The notes under the pieces are model-generated. The model made no database searches, was not told the origin of the DNA, and saw only the letters and a program-made list of their open reading frames with translations. From positions 21,091 through 53,090 of the forward strand of contig DVGC01000058.1 of assembly GCA_018712915.1 (NCBI GenBank): 32,000 nt of DNA, given 5' to 3'. The DNA comes from Candidatus Copromonas faecavium (nom. illeg.). GTDB taxonomy: Bacteria; Bacillota; Clostridia; Lachnospirales; Lachnospiraceae. Both the position numbers and the translations under genes were made by a program. Positions 26,785-32,000 of this stretch are shown in pieces (within the stretch, counting starts at the first letter, position 1; the number at the start of each line of letters is the position of its first letter).

Positions 26785-27297
26785 TTACAAATAACGGACC
26801 ATGTTCTCCATCGGGATTCTGTCTGCATGAAGCCTGGACGGATGCGCTCCCTCTGCCGGATAGCCAAGAGGAAGAAGGGCGGTGGGTACCAGCCCATTCA
26901 TCTCCGGAAAGGCAGCCAGAAGCTTCTCCGGGTCAAACATCCCCACATACGTGGTCCCCAGACCCAGGTCTGCAGCCTGAAGCATCATCTGCGTGGCCGC
27001 GATGGTCGCGTCGATTTCTCCATGGTTCTTTCCGTCAATTTCCCGATCCCAGGCAATTTCCTTACTGTAGGCAATCACCAGCATCACCGGCGGATGGAAA
27101 TGGGCTGCCGTACATCCGTCAACTTTCTCCAGCCCCTCACTGGACTTGATAACGAAAATTCTCTGAGGCTGATTGTTATGAGCTGTAGGCGCATTGCGTC
27201 CGGCTTCCAATACCTTTTCCAGTTTTTCCGCTTCCACAGGGCAATCACTGAATTTGCGGAGAGAATACCGCTCCGCACAGAGCTTTTCAAAATCCAT
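26785..27297 (-). CDS. Nitroreductase family protein
   Basis: 170 aa. RYSLRKFSD and the APTAHNNQP pattern. AGGAGGA SD. The start lies 21 nt downstream of the PFK stop. Confidence 0.85.
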   Translation of the reverse strand: MDFEKLCAERYSLRKFSDCPVEAEKLEKVLEAGRNAPTAHNNQPQRIFVIKSSEGLEKVDGCTAAHFHPPVMLVIAYSKEIAWDREIDGKNHGEIDATIAATQMMLQAADLGLGTTYVGMFDPEKLLAAFPEMNGLVPTALLPLGYPAEGAHPSRLHADRIPMENMVRYL

Positions 27298-27318
27298 ATC
27301 GGTTTTCCTCCTGTCTTC

Positions 27319-28557
27319 CTACCACTTGTCACAATGATACAGATGTCTCGGGATTCCATCCACCATAATCGGCGGCACATCTCCCTGAATCAGGGGACGT
27401 ACATAATTCAGGAATTCTTCCGTCACATAATCTCCGTCTTCATTAATCCATTCCCGCGGTACCACTTTCTCCACGTTGGAAACCTTATGAACATTTCTCA
27501 GGCTGGTGGTGCACTGGTACGGATCATCTGACAATCTTTCCAGGATCACCATTTCTCCCGTATCGCCTTCATCGGCTGCCTTTACTGCTGCTCCGCCGAC
27601 CTGAAACGCCTCAATAATATCAATTCTTGAGACAAGATGGGAGGCTGCCCGCTGAAGCGTGGAAAGCTCGATTCCTCTCGCCTTGCAGCCCAGCTCATTG
27701 GCAATACGGCAGGCAAGATAGTTGGCAGTTCCGCTTAACTGTTTATGTCCGAAAGCATCTACGTAATCTACGCCGTTGGTCAGTTCGCAGACATATCTTC
27801 CATCAGCCAGCCGGATTCCCTCAGAAACCGCCACCACAACGGACTGCTTCTTTTCCAGAAGTCCTCTGACCTTTTCCACAAATTTTTCCACGTCAAAGGG
27901 CAGCTCCGGCAGGTAAATCAAATCCGGGCCCTCACAGTCTTCGCCTTTGGAAAGAGCGGCTGCTCCCGTCAGCCAGCCTGCATTCCGGCCCATAATTTCC
28001 ACAACCGTCACCAGACCCTTCCCATATTCCAGGGCGTTGCTGTCACGGATAATCTCTTTTGTCGATGTACCGATATATTTCGCCGCACTTCCGTATCCCG
28101 GTGTGTGATCTGTAAGAGCCAAATCGTTATCGATGGTCTTTGGAACACCAATAAACTTCGTCTTATGACCTTTTAAAATCGCATAATCCGACAGTTTTTT
28201 AATTGTGTCCATGGAGTCATTTCCGCCGATATAAATAAAACTTTCGATTTCCAGCTTTTCCAGGATGCCGAAGATCTTTTCGTAAACCTCCAAGTCCTCA
28301 TGAATCTCCGGGAGCTTGTACCTGCAGGATCCAAGATAAGCAGCCGGTGTCCGTTTTAAAAGCTCCACATCCAGATCATTCCGGATGTGCTCCGATAAGT
28401 CCACATACTGCTCGTCCAGAAATCCCTGGATTCCATGAAGCATTCCATAAACCTTAGGTGCCCCTCTGTCAATTGCCGTCCGGTATACGCCGGCAAGGCT
28501 GGAATTGATGGCCGACGTCGGACCGCCGGACTGTCCGACGATTACATTTCCTTTCAT
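27319..28557 (-). CDS. pfp: 6-phosphofructokinase, probably pyrophosphate-dependent (PFP type)
   Basis: 412 aa. GQSGGPT..IN, GGNDS and PKTIDND motifs. Asp at the GGDG-Gly position and Lys in PKT are the residues classically linked to PPi rather than ATP use. Confidence 0.75.
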   Translation of the reverse strand: MKGNVIVGQSGGPTSAINSSLAGVYRTAIDRGAPKVYGMLHGIQGFLDEQYVDLSEHIRNDLDVELLKRTPAAYLGSCRYKLPEIHEDLEVYEKIFGILEKLEIESFIYIGGNDSMDTIKKLSDYAILKGHKTKFIGVPKTIDNDLALTDHTPGYGSAAKYIGTSTKEIIRDSNALEYGKGLVTVVEIMGRNAGWLTGAAALSKGEDCEGPDLIYLPELPFDVEKFVEKVRGLLEKKQSVVVAVSEGIRLADGRYVCELTNGVDYVDAFGHKQLSGTANYLACRIANELGCKARGIELSTLQRAASHLVSRIDIIEAFQVGGAAVKAADEGDTGEMVILERLSDDPYQCTTSLRNVHKVSNVEKVVPREWINEDGDYVTEEFLNYVRPLIQGDVPPIMVDGIPRHLYHCDKW

Positions 28558-28595
28558 AGTCTGTATCCTTCCTTCTATATATTTATCTGTGTATC

Positions 28596-29075
28596 TTATC
28601 CCCGCTTTTCAGCCGGAAGTTTCTCCTTCTGATTTTGCTGTTCCTTTTCCCGAAACCACAGGTCCAGCTTTGTGAGCGCCTCAATCAGCACCCGTTTCTC
28701 CTCGTCATTGAATCCCTCCATAACGCCGTTTATCATTTCCCGATGAAATCGGGCATGATGATCATAAGCTTTTCGGCCCCTTTCCGACAAGGAAATGTAC
28801 ACAACACGCCGGTCATTTTTTCCCCGTTCCCGTACCACGTATCCTTTTTTTACCAGACTGTTCATGGCAATCGTCAGCGTTCCCACTGTTACAGACAGTT
28901 CTTTCGCAATGGATGACATATTTTTAGGCGCACCAATCCCTATCGCTTCTATCACATGCATATCATTGTTGGTTATATCGTGATATTCCTGAGTGATAAT
29001 GGCCTTTTCTTCAATATCCATAATATCGCGGAACAGCCGGACCAGTACCTCATTCAGTATTCCATACTCATCCAA
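28596..29075 (-). CDS. MarR-family transcriptional regulator
   Basis: 159 aa with a winged-HTH pattern (MSSIAKELSVTVGTLTIAMNSLVKKGYV.R....DRR). The start appears to be TTG at 29073-29075 with an AAAGGAA SD. Confidence 0.85.
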   Translation of the reverse strand: MDEYGILNEVLVRLFRDIMDIEEKAIITQEYHDITNNDMHVIEAIGIGAPKNMSSIAKELSVTVGTLTIAMNSLVKKGYVVRERGKNDRRVVYISLSERGRKAYDHHARFHREMINGVMEGFNDEEKRVLIEALTKLDLWFREKEQQNQKEKLPAEKRG

Positions 29076-29132
29076 TGGGGGATTCCTTTTCCTTTTCTGT
29101 TAATTTACGCCCAAAAGGCATATTGGAGCGGA

Positions 29133-29510
29133 CGCAGAGTTATAATAACCACTCTGCGGTTATTACGCTATGTCCGCTTCCCGGACATAACGGTTTGATG
29201 CGCCTGACTTTCTGCGGTGAACGCAGAAATCAGATGCGCAGAGTTATAATAACCGCTCTGCGGTTATTACGCTATGTCCGCTTCCCGGACATAACGGTTT
29301 GATGCGCCCGGCTTTCTGCGGTGAACGCAGAAACCGGATGCGCAGAGTTATAATAACCGCTCTGCGGTTATTATAACTCATCCGAAAAAGGCGCACAACA
29401 AGATTTTTTGGTGTTTGCGCAGAGTTTCCGCTCATTTTCCTATTATGTCACGGCCTCCGGACATAACATATTTGATGCGCTCAGTTGCTGCAGCGAACAC
29501 GCAAGCCGGT
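29133..29510. repeat. Tandem array of a 104-nt unit (2 full copies, 1 truncated, 1 degenerate), three hairpins per unit
   Basis: Units start at 29133, 29237 and 29341 (exact 104-nt period), with a degenerate copy from ~29417. Each unit has the TAATAACCGC-tct-GCGGTTATTA, ATGTCCG-cttcc-CGGACAT and TTTCTGCG-gtgaa-CGCAGAAA stems. Confidence 0.9.
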
Positions 29511-29536
29511 AGTGCATCATCAAAATTCCAGAGTAA

Positions 29537-30067
29537 TCATGATACCATCAGTTCTGCCAGGAAAATACTGGCAGCAATTCCTCCTCCGGTAGCAAGGAGA
29601 GCACCTGGCAGGGTCCATCTGGTTTTACGGATATGAGCCGCCATAAAATAGATGCTCATCGTATAAAACACGGTCTCCGTACACCCCATCATCACCGACG
29701 CCATCATGCCTTCAAGGGAGTCCGGTCCATACTGTTTAAAAATATCAAGAATCAGGCCGGTGGCCGCAGAGCCTGATACAATACGAACCAGAATTACCGG
29801 TACAATCGGAACCGGAATATGCAGAAGCGAAGCTGGACTTTTTAAAAATTCCGCCAGTGCTTCCAGGAACCCAGAAGCGCGCAGAACTCCAACCGCCGTT
29901 ATCAGTCCCACCAGGGTCGGAAGAATACCCGCCACCGTTTTCATTCCTTCCCGGGCGCCATCAAGAAAGTCATCAAACACCGGCCGCCCGGACAGAATTC
30001 CAAAACCAACAATATAAAAAATCGTCAGTGGAACCATAAATTCCGACAAATAAATTAGAATATCCAT
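29537..30067 (-). CDS. spmB: Spore maturation protein B-like (nucleoside recognition domain membrane protein)
   Basis: 176 aa, multi-TM. F..GAREG......P.L.G....V...R.SG pattern is like SpmB. AGGAAG SD. Confidence 0.7.
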   Translation of the reverse strand: MDILIYLSEFMVPLTIFYIVGFGILSGRPVFDDFLDGAREGMKTVAGILPTLVGLITAVGVLRASGFLEALAEFLKSPASLLHIPVPIVPVILVRIVSGSAATGLILDIFKQYGPDSLEGMMASVMMGCTETVFYTMSIYFMAAHIRKTRWTLPGALLATGGGIAASIFLAELMVS

Positions 30068-30218
30068 TTCATTCTTCCTGTCAGCTCTCTTTTCCTAATT
30101 GTATTCCCTGAGAAAATCAGATATACTGAGTCCATGAGAGAATGTCTCATCCGGCGCCGGAAGGTCGGCAAACTGCCATCCCGGCCCAAAATCAGCGGGA
30201 CATTGATTGGAGGTTTTT

Positions 30219-30578
30219 ATGCAGGTTTTATTTCTGGAATATCCGCCATGCTCTACCTGTCAAAAAGCAAAAAAGTGGCTGGATGAACATCAGGTTTCCT
30301 ATGTCAGCCGTCATATCAAAGAAAGCAATCCTTCCTTTGAAGAGCTGGAAAGCTGGTATCACAGAAGTGGGCTGCCTCTGAAGCGTTTTTTCAACACCAG
30401 CGGCGTCCTTTATAAATCCATGGCTTTAAAAGACAAGCTGCAGACCATGGAAGAAAAAGAACAGCTGTCTCTTCTGTCCACCGATGGCATGCTGGTAAAG
30501 CGTCCTATCATCGTAGCAGACGATTTCGTACTGGTCGGCTTCAAAGAAAAGGAATGGGAAGAAAAACTGCTTCCCTAG
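30219..30578 (+). CDS. ArsC/Spx-superfamily protein (YffB-like arsenate reductase family)
   Basis: 119 aa counted from ATG 30219 (GGAGG SD). N-terminal CSTCQKAKKWL and C-terminal L.KRPI pattern. TTGTAT-17-TATACT promoter-like element at ~30095-30123. Confidence 0.75.
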   Translation: MQVLFLEYPPCSTCQKAKKWLDEHQVSYVSRHIKESNPSFEELESWYHRSGLPLKRFFNTSGVLYKSMALKDKLQTMEEKEQLSLLSTDGMLVKRPIIVADDFVLVGFKEKEWEEKLLP

Positions 30579-31561
30579 TCCTCCTCTTTTCGGTAAAAGG
30601 AACGTACAAAAAGCCATCCTCCGGCTGCCAGTATCAGGAAAAACATCATACTGACCGCTACAACCGTCCGGCGCCGTGTAAGCCAGTTTATCAGCCTGTC
30701 CAAAACTCCTAACTGAGCTGAAGGCGCCGGCAGTTCTTCCTGACGGGACTCCTTCGTTCCATCCGTCCCCCGCTCAGTTTGCTCCGTCCTCTCTGTCTCC
30801 GGAATCGTTTCCATGGTCTCTTCGATTGCCTCATAAATTCCGATATATTGCTTCCCGTCCAGATCCGGTGTACGCACCTGACCGCCATATCTGGCTGTTA
30901 CCCTTCGAATCCTCCTGCTTCCGGATGCCTCTGCATCTCTGAACATCACTCCCTCTTTTTCATAAGGTTCTCCGATCCAGGAAACCCGTTCTACCCGATA
31001 CGCCTCTTCCGGAAGTCCCATAGATTCCAGCAATTCCTTTCCGTAATCCGAAAGTTCCGCATCTCCCGGAATCTCATATTCTTCCAGCTTTAAGGTATCA
31101 GCTCCATATCCGGATACCGTGACGGAAAAGCGAAAATCATCCATCCAGTATACCTGAAGCTCCTCCGTTTCCAATAGAGGAACCTGCCTCTCGTACTCGC
31201 TTCCTGTCTCCTTTACCGTGATCACGGCACTTTCCGGAGGCTCCTCCGTTCCCTCCAGTTCAAAAGAGCTTTCTGATGTGAGAAAGGTAAGTTCTCCCTC
31301 CTTTTGGGCCCTGCGAATATTGGTGGAGACCAGGCGGTAGGTTTTACCGCCCTGTTCCATCCATTCTTTCGGTTTATACTCCTCCCCGTCTCCAAGAAAA
31401 ACAGGACTTTCATAGGTAATGGTTTCCGATCTTTCCCTATCCTGTGCTTCTTCATTCAGCTTCCCTGATTCTTTCGAAGTTCCCTCTGCCTGCTCTGTCC
31501 CGATAAAAGCAAACATCAAAAGCAGCATGACAATTGTTCTTCCTTTTCTTTTATGTTTCAT
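30575..31561 (-). CDS. Hypothetical protein with N-terminal signal/anchor and C-terminal TM helix
   Basis: ~328 aa. Signal-like MKHKRKGRTIVMLLLMFAFIGT, an acidic body with no family recognised, and a C-terminal VVAVSMMFFLILAAGGWLFV + RSFYRKEED. The start overlaps the upstream gene's stop by 11 nt. AAGGAGG SD. Confidence 0.6.
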   Translation of the reverse strand: MKHKRKGRTIVMLLLMFAFIGTEQAEGTSKESGKLNEEAQDRERSETITYESPVFLGDGEEYKPKEWMEQGGKTYRLVSTNIRRAQKEGELTFLTSESSFELEGTEEPPESAVITVKETGSEYERQVPLLETEELQVYWMDDFRFSVTVSGYGADTLKLEEYEIPGDAELSDYGKELLESMGLPEEAYRVERVSWIGEPYEKEGVMFRDAEASGSRRIRRVTARYGGQVRTPDLDGKQYIGIYEAIEETMETIPETERTEQTERGTDGTKESRQEELPAPSAQLGVLDRLINWLTRRRTVVAVSMMFFLILAAGGWLFVRSFYRKEED

Positions 31562-32000
31562 CACGCCTCCTTTTCATCCAGAAACCGAGCCCAAAAAATC
31601 CGGCGGTTAGCCCAAGAAGATAGAGAACTGGCCTGTGTCTGTCTCCTGTATCCGGAATATCCGGATAAAACCTTCCCGGCTGCTCCAGACGCAGAATCCC
31701 CTCATAAGGATTTCTGTTTTCATAATGTGCTGTGATGCTTCCCCAGGTTTTTTCCGGCAGAACAGGTGTTTCAGGAGTTTCCGGACGGTCAGGTTCGTCG
31801 GGTTTCTCAGGACGCTCAGGAGTTTCTGGTCCTGTCGGCTCCTCTGGGCTCGTTGGTTCTTCCGGCTCCGTCGGTTCCTCCGGTTTTGTCGGCTCTTCCG
31901 GTTCCGTCGGCTCTTCTGGTTCCTCCGGTTCTTCCGGTTCCGTTGGTTCTTCCGGTTCCTCTGGCTTCGGTTTGTCCTCCATCACAACCCGGTTGATTTC
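31551..32000 (-). CDS. Cell-wall-anchored surface protein, C-terminal fragment (5' end lies right of the window)
   Basis: Frame is open to position 32000. There is a Pro/Glu/Thr-rich PEEPTEPEEP repeat spacer. An IPDTGD motif follows, then a hydrophobic segment (VLYLLGLTAGFFGLGFWM), then a KRRRDET tail, which is sortase sorting-signal architecture. Confidence 0.7.
   Translation of the reverse strand, partial: EINRVVMEDKPKPEEPEEPTEPEEPEEPEEPTEPEEPTKPEEPTEPEEPTSPEEPTGPETPERPEKPDEPDRPETPETPVLPEKTWGSITAHYENRNPYEGILRLEQPGRFYPDIPDTGDRHRPVLYLLGLTAGFFGLGFWMKRRRDET

Noticed and set aside
28956-29302. ORFs 28956..29198(+) and 29075..29302(+), which share the peptide VIIT.LRLLRYVRFPDITV
   Set aside because: The shared peptide is an artefact of translating the 104-nt tandem repeat. 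Neither ORF has an SD, and one overlaps the MarR start region.
29133-29510. Possible CRISPR array
   Set aside because: The 104-nt period is far longer than a CRISPR repeat-plus-spacer unit. The whole unit is repeated, so there are no unique spacers, and no cas genes are present.
31780-31975. Short-period DNA repeats (GGTTCTTCCGG-type)
   Set aside because: They are the coding image of the PEEPTEPEEP stalk of the surface protein on the minus strand, not an independent repeat element.

Overview
This 32-kb segment looks like core chromosome of a Clostridia (Lachnospiraceae-like) bacterium, by eye about 50% GC. I call about 29 protein genes, most of them on the minus strand. The metG-tatD-rsmA cluster is typically origin-proximal in Bacillota, and there is no strand-bias switch. 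Content is mostly housekeeping and metabolic: class II ribonucleotide reductase (nrdJ), M20 amidohydrolase, VanZ, PfkB fructokinase, DUF554 protein, YhaM-type cysteine desulfidase family, ABM monooxygenase, desulfoferrodoxin, class B sortase, MBL-fold hydrolase, a radical SAM enzyme, three MATE exporters (one truncated by the left edge), diaminopimelate dehydrogenase, DUF885 lipoprotein, two nitroreductases, a PPi-type phosphofructokinase, MarR, SpmB, an ArsC-family protein, and a Pro/Glu-rich wall-anchored protein truncated by the right edge. I saw no rRNA, tRNA, CRISPR array, transposase, integrase or phage genes. The most interesting signals are all in intergenic DNA and absent from the ORF track. 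(1) A complete Fst/PepA1-like type I toxin-antitoxin module at 6934-7244: a 26-aa hydrophobic toxin, a convergent antisense RNA with a near-consensus promoter, a shared bidirectional terminator, and direct repeats that place antisense pairing over the toxin start codon. (2) A 104-nt tandem repeat array with three hairpins per unit, upstream of the MarR gene (29133-29510). (3) A highly structured ~450-nt intergenic region (12990-13432) with a duplicated promoter-like element plus an identical 28-nt module. (4) An orphan strong terminator and a ~165-nt non-coding segment upstream of an nrdJ promoter that carries NrdR-box-like palindromes. All functional names come from reading the translations against remembered family signatures. 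No database search was run.
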